From Halalkalibacterium halodurans (GTDB lineage: Bacteria; Bacillota; Bacilli; Bacillales; Bacillaceae_D): a stretch of 32,000 nt of DNA. The stretch covers positions 64,345 to 96,344 of the forward strand of contig NZ_SNUY01000008.1 of NCBI RefSeq assembly GCF_004376175.1, read 5' to 3'. Each line of letters opens with the position of its first letter. The first letter of the stretch is position 1. The position numbers and the translations under genes are program-made. Below, one piece after another: positions 16,859 to 24,779 of the stretch. A model generated the notes under the pieces. The model was not told where the DNA came from and did not search any database. It was given only the letters and a program-made list of their open reading frames with translations.

Positions 16859-18148
16859 TTGCATGATGTATTAAAAAAAGTTATTGGGGATATTGAAGTT
16901 TCAAAAGATCTCATCTTACTACTCGTCATTGGCGGTCTTTATGCACTCGGAATTGCCCTTTCTAATACATTTGTAAATGTCTACTTGTGGAAGCAATCTG
17001 GAGAGTTTCTTGATTTAGCTCTTTACAATTTAACGTCTGTGATTATGCAACCACTCACGTTTATTTTGGCAGGGCGTTGGGCGAAGAAAATTGATCGTGT
17101 GATCGTCTTACGGTTAGGGGTCATTTTTTTATCGATTTTCTTTTCAACAGTTCTCATGTTAGGGGAAAAGGCAAATCAATTCCTGATCCTTCTTGGCGGA
17201 TTGCTGGGGATCGGATTTGGTTTTTATTGGCTTGCCTTTAATGTCCTTACGTTTGAAATTACAGAGCCTGAGACGAGGGATTTTTTTAATGGTTTTTTGG
17301 GGCTGCTTACCTCCTTTGCTGGAATGATCGGACCCATTCTTTCAGGTTTTTTGATTACAAAGATGGAGAAGATGACTGGATACACGGTAATATTTGCCCT
17401 TTCTCTAGGTCTGTTCATTCTTGCTGTCATCATTAGCTTCATGCTGAAGAGGAGAGCAGCAAAAGGAGGGTTTCACTTCCGAGCCGTCCTAAAAGAGCGG
17501 AAGCATAATAAAAATTGGGGACGGATTGTCCACGCCCACTTTTTCCAAGGATTACGAGAAGGAACGTTTGCATTTGTTATTGTCGTATGGGTGTATGTGA
17601 CAACGAAGAGTGAATTAGCGATCGGGACATATGGTCTTGTCGCCTCGGCTACATCGTTTGTTGCTTATTATTTAGCCACTCGCCTCATCAAGCCGAGCTT
17701 TCGCAAGAAGTCGATCCTCATTGGAGGATTGGTTTTGTATGCGGCGTTGTTTTTAATTGTTTTTAAGCTGACATTCCCTCGATTAATTATGTATGGGATT
17801 GTCATCTCCATCGCTTATCCGTTTCTCCTCGTACCGTATGTTTCATTAACCTATGACGTCATTGGTAAAGCAAAAGGTGCAAAAGACATGCGGGTGGAGT
17901 ACATTGTCGTTCGTGAACTGTTTTTAAATTTAGGTCGGATTACGTCCATTTGCCTTTTCATTTTAACGATTTCAGTATTACCAGAAAAGAAGGGGATTCC
18001 GCTGTTGTTTCTTATTGTTGGTGCCGGGCATACTGTCATCTATTGGTTTATTCGCAACATTCGCTTCCCGGCAAAGAAACATGTTCCTTCCTACATGTTT
18101 GCAAGGCAAAAAAATGGTGAAGGTGGTCCAGGAAATTCAACGGTATAA
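16859..18148 (+). CDS. MFS-type transporter (YqgE-like by position)
   Basis: Polytopic (~12 TM). TTG start preceded by GGTGGTGGG. Its position between sodA and pbpA matches B. subtilis yqgE. Confidence 0.8.
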   Translation: MHDVLKKVIGDIEVSKDLILLLVIGGLYALGIALSNTFVNVYLWKQSGEFLDLALYNLTSVIMQPLTFILAGRWAKKIDRVIVLRLGVIFLSIFFSTVLMLGEKANQFLILLGGLLGIGFGFYWLAFNVLTFEITEPETRDFFNGFLGLLTSFAGMIGPILSGFLITKMEKMTGYTVIFALSLGLFILAVIISFMLKRRAAKGGFHFRAVLKERKHNKNWGRIVHAHFFQGLREGTFAFVIVVWVYVTTKSELAIGTYGLVASATSFVAYYLATRLIKPSFRKKSILIGGLVLYAALFLIVFKLTFPRLIMYGIVISIAYPFLLVPYVSLTYDVIGKAKGAKDMRVEYIVVRELFLNLGRITSICLFILTISVLPEKKGIPLLFLIVGAGHTVIYWFIRNIRFPAKKHVPSYMFARQKNGEGGPGNSTV

Positions 18149-18205
18149 GCGATTGTGTCAATCTTGTAACAGTGATTGGACCTGCTTCTGTTTTCGTTAA
18201 AATTG

Positions 18206-18214
18206 TGCTATACT
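18206..18214 (+). promoter_or_regulatory. Extended -10 promoter candidate (TGcTATACT) at the head of the pbpA leader or candidate sRNA
   Basis: TG at 18206-18207 and TATACT at 18209-18214. The -35 region is poor (TTCTGT). Confidence 0.35.
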
Positions 18215-18373
18215 GAGCTTAGTTTAAAACAGCCTGCTATGTTTGTTAGCTTCTCTAATGTTTCGAACCGTACGTTTAAAAAGGGAGCTCTACATTGACT
18301 CTGTGACGACATGCCTCTATTAGGACGTTGGATCAGCTGTCTGCGAGCACCCACCTGCGAGGGTAGGTTCTTG

Positions 18374-18409
18374 AAACGTGTGAAGCAAACGGCATTCGCG
18401 GGTTTTTTT
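18374..18409 (+). terminator. Weak terminator-like hairpin with a 7-T tract inside the yqgE-pbpA spacer
   Basis: AAACgTGTGAA / TTCGCGgGTTT imperfect stem (one mismatch, two G-U pairs) running into TTTTTTT (18403-18409). Confidence 0.3.
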
Positions 18410-18481
18410 ATACGATTGGAGAGTATAAACGATTTCCCAAATGAAAGATCTTAGTATGATCGTTCTGGACGGATCGGCTTC

Positions 18482-18519
18482 CATGAAAGCTCGGCCATGT
18501 CGCCGAGTTTTCTTTCATG
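18482..18519 (+). terminator. Terminator- or attenuator-like hairpin 48 nt upstream of the pbpA start
   Basis: CATGAAAG-CTCGGC-catgtc-GCCGAG-tttt-CTTTCATG. The GC core stem is followed by TTTTCTTT. Confidence 0.4.
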
Positions 18520-18566
18520 AGTCCTGACATATTATAAATGGTAGTATATAGGAGGAACATTAGCGT

Positions 18567-20651
18567 ATGAGAACAGGGCCACGCAAAAAAAAGAACTTTG
18601 TATTTAGCCGGTTGAATGTCCTCTTTTTTATCGTGTTTGCGCTCTTTTCCATTTTAATTTTGCGCCTTGGTTTTGTGCAAATTGTGGAAGGAGAAACACA
18701 TTTAAAGAGTTTGGAAAGGACATCGAACGCCACTGCAAGAATTGATGCGCCCCGTGGTCTCATGTATGACCGCTTTGGCTATGTTTTGGTCGATAACGAA
18801 CTCGAGCTGTCTTTAACGTACACGAGTCAAAGTCAGACAAGAGACACTGAAGAAATGCTCGATGTTGCTCGCAAGCTAGAACAGCTCATTGAAGTGGATA
18901 CGAGTAAGATTACGGAGCGAGACCGAAAGGATTATTGGTTGCTGCAAGCCTCTCGTGAAGAACGACTTGAGCTCGTGTCTTTAGAAGAACGAAAAGAGAT
19001 CGATGATCCTCAGGAGGAGTATGCTCTTGAGCTCGAACGGATTACAGATGAGCATCTTAATAGCTTAACAGAGGAAGATGAACGGATTCTGGCGATCTTT
19101 CGCCAAATGAATCAAGGCTATGCACTAACACCTCAGCGGATCAAACGGGATATTTCGGAAGAAGAAGCCCACAGCATCGCTGAAAAGCTAGATGAGCTTC
19201 CCGGTGTTGATATCCTTCGTGATTCCAGACGTAAATATCCATATGGCAACTCGCTCAGAAGTGTGTTTGGGAACACAGGCTCCATTCCGCGGGAGCAGCT
19301 TAACAATTATTTAGCAAAAGGATATGAACGGTCCGATATTGTCGGAACAAGTTATTTGGAGCTTCAATATGAAGATGTGCTCAGGGGACAAAAAGCAGTT
19401 GTTGAAAGCATGACAACATCATCCGCTGGAGACATGATCGAGCAAACGATTAATGAGCAGTTAGGCTCAAGAGGAAATGACCTCGTGTTGGCGATTGATA
19501 TGGAGATGCAACAATATTTGGATGACATTGTGGAACGGCGAATTTCACAAAATCCTGGGGCGTTTATCAATGAAGGTTCAGCTTATGTGGTGATGATGGA
19601 CCCGAAAACGGGAGATATTCTCGCAATGACCGGTTATTCAACAAATCAGGAAAATGACCATATTGGCGTTGTCAATAAAGCATTTGAAATGGGATCCTCT
19701 ATAAAAGGGGCTTCTGTGTTAACCGGTTTTCAAACAGGTGTTGCCTCACCAGGGACCGTGTTTTATGATCGACCAATTGACCTTCCTGGTACCCCTATTA
19801 AAAAGTCTGTGCGGAACTACGGGGCTGTTAGTTCTCAGCGAGCCCTTGAAGTGTCATCCAACGTGTATATGTTTGAAATTGCCATGAGGATGGCAGGCTA
19901 TAATTACAACTCAAAATGCTGCTGGAATAGTGAAACGATTGAGAGAGCTTACAATGAAGCGCGCTATTATTTCAGCCAGTTTGGATTAGGTACAGAGACG
20001 GGGATTGACCTCCCGTCTGAGTATACAGGTGTCAATGGTGGAGTTCAACAAGCGGGTAACCTGTTAGACTTAATGATCGGACAGTTTGATACGTATACAA
20101 CGATGCAGCTCGCTCAATATATTTCAACGATTGCCAATGATGGTTACCGGATGCAACCGCGACTTGTTACTGAAATTCGTGAGCCGAGTGCGGATAAAGA
20201 TTCACGCGGTGCTGTCGTTCAACAATTTGAGCCACGAGTGTTGAATCGAATCGATATGACCGATGCACAAATTCGTGATGTTCAGCAAGGGTTCAGACGT
20301 GTTTCAACAAACGGTACGGCCAGTCGCTTCTTTGCGAACAAAACATATACGACCGCAACAAAAACCGGAACAGCTCAGGTTCGCGTCGCTGTAGGAGAGG
20401 GAGAAAACCGTCGCTTTATTGACGGGAACAACCAAGCACTTGTCGGATATGCACCATATGATGATCCTGAGGTAGCATTTGCGATCATCGTTCCTTATGC
20501 GAAACGTGATTCAGCTCCAGGTGCCAATGCTGACCTTGCCCGTGATATTGGGGCAGAGATGCTGGATACGTATTTTGAATTAAAGGAAAGGCGAGAAGGC
20601 CCTACGTTAGCAGATGATCCTGTTTTAGAGGATTTTGAAGGGAACGATTAA
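18567..20651 (+). CDS. pbpA: Class B penicillin-binding protein 2A (transpeptidase)
   Basis: N-terminal TM anchor, PBP dimerisation region, and the transpeptidase motif SSIK (the SxxK-type active site). No clean SxN or KTG motif was seen by eye; the nearest candidates are SSN and KTGTA. AGGAGG lies upstream of the ATG. The position after sodA and the MFS gene matches B. subtilis pbpA. Confidence 0.9.
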   Translation: MRTGPRKKKNFVFSRLNVLFFIVFALFSILILRLGFVQIVEGETHLKSLERTSNATARIDAPRGLMYDRFGYVLVDNELELSLTYTSQSQTRDTEEMLDVARKLEQLIEVDTSKITERDRKDYWLLQASREERLELVSLEERKEIDDPQEEYALELERITDEHLNSLTEEDERILAIFRQMNQGYALTPQRIKRDISEEEAHSIAEKLDELPGVDILRDSRRKYPYGNSLRSVFGNTGSIPREQLNNYLAKGYERSDIVGTSYLELQYEDVLRGQKAVVESMTTSSAGDMIEQTINEQLGSRGNDLVLAIDMEMQQYLDDIVERRISQNPGAFINEGSAYVVMMDPKTGDILAMTGYSTNQENDHIGVVNKAFEMGSSIKGASVLTGFQTGVASPGTVFYDRPIDLPGTPIKKSVRNYGAVSSQRALEVSSNVYMFEIAMRMAGYNYNSKCCWNSETIERAYNEARYYFSQFGLGTETGIDLPSEYTGVNGGVQQAGNLLDLMIGQFDTYTTMQLAQYISTIANDGYRMQPRLVTEIREPSADKDSRGAVVQQFEPRVLNRIDMTDAQIRDVQQGFRRVSTNGTASRFFANKTYTTATKTGTAQVRVAVGEGENRRFIDGNNQALVGYAPYDDPEVAFAIIVPYAKRDSAPGANADLARDIGAEMLDTYFELKERREGPTLADDPVLEDFEGND

Positions 20652-20655
20652 ACGC

Positions 20656-20699
20656 AAAAAACATCCTCTTCAGCGTACGAGCTGGAGGGGATGTTTTTA
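20656..20699. terminator. Bidirectional terminator between pbpA and the convergent small gene
   Basis: AAAAA-ACATCCTCTTCAGC-gtacga-GCTGGAGGGGATGT-TTTTT, a 14-bp stem. Confidence 0.7.
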
Positions 20700-20718
20700 C
20701 TTTAGGCTAAAACGATAC

Positions 20719-21087
20719 TCATTGTGAAGCCGCCCATTTTCGTTGCAGCTGTTCTACTTCGGTTAACAGCAGCCCTGTTTTACGGGCAATTTCTTCAGCC
20801 TCATAGCCAGCGTCAGATAACTGTCCTACTTCTTCTATTAACAGCGCTTGTTTGTCGTTTGTCTGCGAGAGACTTGCACGTTGACCGACGAGAAGCTCCT
20901 CTTCAAGTAAACGCATTTTCTTTTTCAATTGGTAAATTTCTTGCATAAACGTAATCGAGAGGTTATCCAATTGTTCCTCTAATTGCTTCGTTCGATCTTT
21001 ACGTGCGAAGGAAAGAATGAACAAGATTGAAGAAAATATAAAAAGTCCGATCAACACCCATTCCAAAGCAATTTCCCCCCTTTTCAT
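20719..21087 (-). CDS. Single-pass membrane protein with a coiled coil and a C-terminal HTH-like segment (unknown function)
   Basis: TM helix WVLIGLFIFSSILFILSF, heptad-rich QLEEQLDNLSITFMQEIYQLKKKMRLLEEELL, and C-terminal LIEEVGQLSDAGYEAEEIARKTGLLLTEVEQL. An alternative TTG start at 21066 has a better SD (AAGGGGGG). Confidence 0.55.
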   Translation of the reverse strand: MKRGEIALEWVLIGLFIFSSILFILSFARKDRTKQLEEQLDNLSITFMQEIYQLKKKMRLLEEELLVGQRASLSQTNDKQALLIEEVGQLSDAGYEAEEIARKTGLLLTEVEQLQRKWAASQ

Positions 21088-21278
21088 CTCTGTGTATCTC
21101 TTTTATTATAAAGGAAAAAGACAAGGGACACTCCTGTTTTTTTTAACCTTCTATAATGTAAACTTTCTAAAAATTCATTCGATTTTCTGACAAGCTTGTA
21201 TCTTCTCTTGATCGTTTTACGTTATGATATGAATAGTGCATCAAGTAAAAAGGGACAAAAACAGACATTTTTCCTCTC

Positions 21279-21307
21279 TTGTTCCCTTTTCTTCCTAAAG
21301 GTATGAT
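21279..21307 (+). promoter_or_regulatory. SigmaA-type promoter candidate for the glucan operon (TTGTTC-17-TATGAT)
   Basis: TTGTTC at 21279-21284 and TATGAT at 21302-21307, with a 17-nt spacer. Confidence 0.45.
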
Positions 21308-21342
21308 GAAGTAAATGAATGTTTTTCGAAGGAGTGGAGCAA

Positions 21343-21978
21343 TTGATCGAAGAAATCTTGAAGCTTCGAAAACAAGGTCTTTCGTTTCGGAAAATAGCGC
21401 AAGCATTAAACACAACCGTCGGAAAAGTTCATTATCGTTATAAAAAGCACGAAGAGCTTCAACATCAAAAAGGACAAGCTAAGCCAGCCGCTAAAGGCGA
21501 GTGGCAGCTTCCTGGCTCTTATCCTGTTACAGAAATCACTCTCCTTCCACAAGGACCGACAACATTGTATGCGTTTTGGGATACCTCTGAACAAACAAGA
21601 GGACTCGTTTCCTACCAGACCGATAAGGACTGGGAACAGCTGGAGAAACGTCTTCGCCTCTATGACGTGACATCACTCTTATTCGATGGCCGCCGTGCCA
21701 ACCGCTATGTAGATATTCACTTACCAGAAATGACAAACAATTGGCTGATTGAACATGTAGAACCAAACTGTACTTATCTTATAGATTTAGGGGTTATCAC
21801 TCCCTCTGGTGCGTTTTTACCGGTTGTACGTTCCACGCCAATCGAGACGCCAAGACAACGAAACGATCAATATAACTTTCGGAAGGAAGATGTGCTTGAC
21901 TGGCAATACGGTTTGAGCGAAGAACCGAAGTGGCTTGAGCATTTCAGCACGTATTCCTATTACGAAAAAACGAAATAA
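21343..21978 (+). CDS. DUF4912 domain protein with an N-terminal HTH
   Basis: TTG 21343 lies 8 nt after GAAGGAG. The ATG at 21319 has no SD. The N-terminal HTH is LIEEILKLRKQGLSFRKIAQALNTTVGKVHYRY. The core ITLLPQGPTTLYAFWD...RLYDVT...NNWLIE is the DUF4912 pattern as I recall it. Confidence 0.7.
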   Translation: MIEEILKLRKQGLSFRKIAQALNTTVGKVHYRYKKHEELQHQKGQAKPAAKGEWQLPGSYPVTEITLLPQGPTTLYAFWDTSEQTRGLVSYQTDKDWEQLEKRLRLYDVTSLLFDGRRANRYVDIHLPEMTNNWLIEHVEPNCTYLIDLGVITPSGAFLPVVRSTPIETPRQRNDQYNFRKEDVLDWQYGLSEEPKWLEHFSTYSYYEKTK

Positions 21979-21990
21979 GGAGCCCGCGAG

Positions 21991-24762
21991 ATGAGAGAAG
22001 GATATTTTTCCCTAGTCTTACATGCCCACTTGCCTTATGTTCGTCATCAAGAAGAAGATCGATTGGAGGAACGTTGGCTGTTTGAAGCCATGTCGGAAAC
22101 GTATATTCCTCTTTTATGGGCCTTAGAAAAACTGCCCGTAAAACATGCAGTCACCATTTCCTTTACCCCTCCTGTTATGGAGATGCTGAGTGACCCACTT
22201 GTGCAAACTCGTTACTTGAATCACCTTGAAAATACCGAACAGCTTTTGAAAAAAGAAGAGAAACGTACAAACGATCAACGAACGCAAAATCTCGTTCAGT
22301 TTTATAAGCAGCGCTATGAAAAGCTAAAAGCAACGTTTTTACAGTGGGATCGGAATCTACTCATCGGTTTCCGCAGCTTGATGGAGAACGAGCAATGCAC
22401 ATTAATGACGTCCGCTGCCACGCATGCCTTTTTTCCATACTTAAAAACAAAAGAAGCAATTCGCGCCCAAGTTCGCCACGGAATCGCATGCTTTGAACAA
22501 CATTTTGGCAAAAAACCACTTGGGTTCTGGCTCCCAGAATGTGCCTTCTCTCCAGGCGTTGACCGAATTTTATTTGAGGAAGGCATCCGTTACACATTTG
22601 TAGATGAACACGCTGTTTTGACGGCAGATCCGACTCCGCATAAGGGCTCAGGTGCCCCGATCTATAGCCCGCATGGAATTGCGTTGTTCCCTCGCCATAC
22701 GGAACTTTCCGCAAAAGTGTGGAGCTCAACGCTTGGGTATCCTGGTGATGTCGATTACCGTGAATTTTACCGTGACATCGCATATGACCGGGAATGGGAT
22801 TATATTAAGCCGCACGTCCACAAAGACGGGATTCGGATCGATACAGGGTTGAAGTATCATCGGATTACAGGGCATACGGAGGAAAAAGACTTGTATGTCC
22901 GTGAATGGGCGGAGAAACGTGTGCAAGAACATGCGAATCATTTTATAGGTGCGATTCATCATGAGATCGATCAACATGGCGGACAAAACTTTCCGCCGTA
23001 TGTCATGGTCACTCCGTTTGATGCTGAGTTGTTCGGTCATTGGTGGTTTGAAGGGCCAGAGTGGATCGAGGCATTATATGAGCAAGGAGCAGACCGTGTG
23101 TCCTTCATAACACCAGAGCTCTATTTGCAGCGTCACTATCAAGATTTTCAGACCGCTCATGTGAGCTTTTCGACTTGGGGGAGAGACGGTTATGGTCACG
23201 TTTGGTTAAATGACCATAATGCTTGGATGTATAGACATTATCATCGCATGGAAAAAGATTTAGCGAAAATAGTGGCCATGTATCCACAACCTACAGTTCT
23301 CGAAAAGCAGGCCATTCAGCAAATGGTTAGAGAGTGGATGCTCGCTGTTAGCAGTGACTGGGCGTTTATTCTCGACGGTCAAACGGCTGCACAGTATGCG
23401 TCAGAGCGTTTCCATGAGCATGTTCGTCGCTTCGACACGATTCAGAGCGCCTTGCTTGAAGATCGTATAGATTCCCAGTGGCTTAAGCAAATGCTTGCAG
23501 CGTTTCCTTTTCTGGAGACGATCGACGAGCGCGTATTTTTAAGCCCCCATGATCGTTACGTGCAATCGAAAAAAGAGACCCAGCCATTTGAAGGAACGTG
23601 CTCGATCCTTATGCTGAGTTGGGAATATCCGCCTTATGTTGTCGGAGGCCTATCACGTCATGTGGATGCTTTGTCTCAAGCATTAGCAAAAAAGGGGCAT
23701 GAAATTCACGTCGTTACAGCCGCTATGGATGGAGCTCCCGAGTACGAAAAAAATGGGGACGTCCACATCCATCGGGTCAGCGGGTTACAACCAGAGAGGG
23801 AGCCATTTTTAGATTGGGTGGCCAGCTTGAACTTAGCCATGTTTGAACATGTGAAAAAATTATACCGTTTTCGTCCGTTTGACGTCATTCATGCTCATGA
23901 TTGGCTCGTATCAGGAGCTGCTTTAGCATTAAAACACCTTTTTCAAACATCGCTTATGGCTACTATTCATGCAACGGAGCACGGGCGGAATCAAGGTATC
24001 CATACCGAGTTACAGCAAGCGATTCATGACCAGGAAATGAAGCTCGTGACAGAGGCTGATCAAATCATTGTTTGCAGTCAATTTATGAAAGAACATGTTC
24101 AATCATTGTTTGTGCCTAATCCTGATAAAGTGGCAGTGATCGCAAATGGTGTGGCTCGTGAGCAAATTGAAGCTGCACGTCTTCAAACGATTTCTCCTGA
24201 AAATCGTTTCATTGTATTTTCTGTTGGGCGAATCGTTCAAGAAAAAGGATTTTCTCTCTTGGTTGAAGCAGCTGCAAAATGCAAAGAACTAGGCGAACCG
24301 ATTCAATTTGTTGTGGCTGGGCATGGGCCTCTACTAGCTGACTATCAACAACAAGTAAAGGAACGTCACCTTGAAGCTTGGATTTCCTTTGTCGGCTATA
24401 TTAGTGATAGTGAGAGAAATGAATGGTACCATCGCGCGGATGTCTGCATTTTTCCTAGCTTGTACGAGCCGTTCGGAATCGTCGCGTTAGAAGCGATGGC
24501 TGCAGGCACACCTACGATTGTATCTGACACGGGTGGTTTAGCGGAAATTGTTGAGCATGGAGACAATGGGCTAAAAGTACCTACTGGTGATGTGGACGCG
24601 ATTGTAGCTCAATTGTTGTCCCTCTATCATAAACCGCTTTTGCGGGCACAAATTGGTTTTAAAGGTTCACAAGACGTGATCGAGCAGTATAGTTGGGAGA
24701 CGATTGCCGATCAAACGGAAGCGATCTTAGTGAAAAAAATGAAGCGAGACATCTATGCCTAA
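21991..24762 (+). CDS. Fusion protein: GH57 alpha-glucan branching-enzyme-like domain (with DUF1957) plus GT4 glycosyltransferase (YqgM/glycogen-synthase-like)
   Basis: The N-terminal half has LVLHAHLPYV, FWLPECAF (candidate nucleophile Glu) and TPFDAELFGHWWFEG (candidate acid/base Asp). The C-terminal half has ILMLSWEYPPYVVGGLSRHV and FPSLYEPFGIVALEAMAAGTP (E-x7-E). It is one uninterrupted 923-codon frame with AAGGAG upstream. Confidence 0.9.
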   Translation: MREGYFSLVLHAHLPYVRHQEEDRLEERWLFEAMSETYIPLLWALEKLPVKHAVTISFTPPVMEMLSDPLVQTRYLNHLENTEQLLKKEEKRTNDQRTQNLVQFYKQRYEKLKATFLQWDRNLLIGFRSLMENEQCTLMTSAATHAFFPYLKTKEAIRAQVRHGIACFEQHFGKKPLGFWLPECAFSPGVDRILFEEGIRYTFVDEHAVLTADPTPHKGSGAPIYSPHGIALFPRHTELSAKVWSSTLGYPGDVDYREFYRDIAYDREWDYIKPHVHKDGIRIDTGLKYHRITGHTEEKDLYVREWAEKRVQEHANHFIGAIHHEIDQHGGQNFPPYVMVTPFDAELFGHWWFEGPEWIEALYEQGADRVSFITPELYLQRHYQDFQTAHVSFSTWGRDGYGHVWLNDHNAWMYRHYHRMEKDLAKIVAMYPQPTVLEKQAIQQMVREWMLAVSSDWAFILDGQTAAQYASERFHEHVRRFDTIQSALLEDRIDSQWLKQMLAAFPFLETIDERVFLSPHDRYVQSKKETQPFEGTCSILMLSWEYPPYVVGGLSRHVDALSQALAKKGHEIHVVTAAMDGAPEYEKNGDVHIHRVSGLQPEREPFLDWVASLNLAMFEHVKKLYRFRPFDVIHAHDWLVSGAALALKHLFQTSLMATIHATEHGRNQGIHTELQQAIHDQEMKLVTEADQIIVCSQFMKEHVQSLFVPNPDKVAVIANGVAREQIEAARLQTISPENRFIVFSVGRIVQEKGFSLLVEAAAKCKELGEPIQFVVAGHGPLLADYQQQVKERHLEAWISFVGYISDSERNEWYHRADVCIFPSLYEPFGIVALEAMAAGTPTIVSDTGGLAEIVEHGDNGLKVPTGDVDAIVAQLLSLYHKPLLRAQIGFKGSQDVIEQYSWETIADQTEAILVKKMKRDIYA

Positions 24763-24779
24763 CACATAAGGGGTGGCCA

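Noticed and set aside
18215-18410. I tried to assign the pbpA-upstream RNA to a known class: T-box, c-di-AMP/ydaO, c-di-GMP, ykkC, yybP-ykoY, or a 6S-like fold.
   Set aside because: I could not find the diagnostic conserved cores by eye, for example no T-box GGTGGTACCGCG-like sequence. The end-to-end pairing expected for 6S RNA was also poor. The class is left unassigned rather than guessed.
18441-18527. 28-codon ORF (MKDLSMIVLDGSASMKARPCRRVFFHES) inside the pbpA leader, spanning the second hairpin. It is a possible leader peptide.
   Set aside because: No Shine-Dalgarno lies within a usable distance, as the nearest GGAG is about 19 nt upstream. I keep it only as a remote possibility under the leader finding.
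18524-18550. Promoter-like CTGACA ... TATATA just upstream of pbpA.
   Set aside because: The spacer is only 15 nt, and the -10 element abuts the AGGAGG SD. A transcript from here would lack the ribosome-binding site.
24693-24779. N-terminal 29-codon extension of the nucleotidyltransferase ORF, overlapping the fusion gene. Similar upstream extensions occur at 3066, 3853, 4797, 6593, 8294, 8763, 11200, 12778, 16022, 28824 and 3010.
   Set aside because: Internal starts with proper SD sequences coincide with the conserved N-termini of the families. The extensions give non-homologous leaders.
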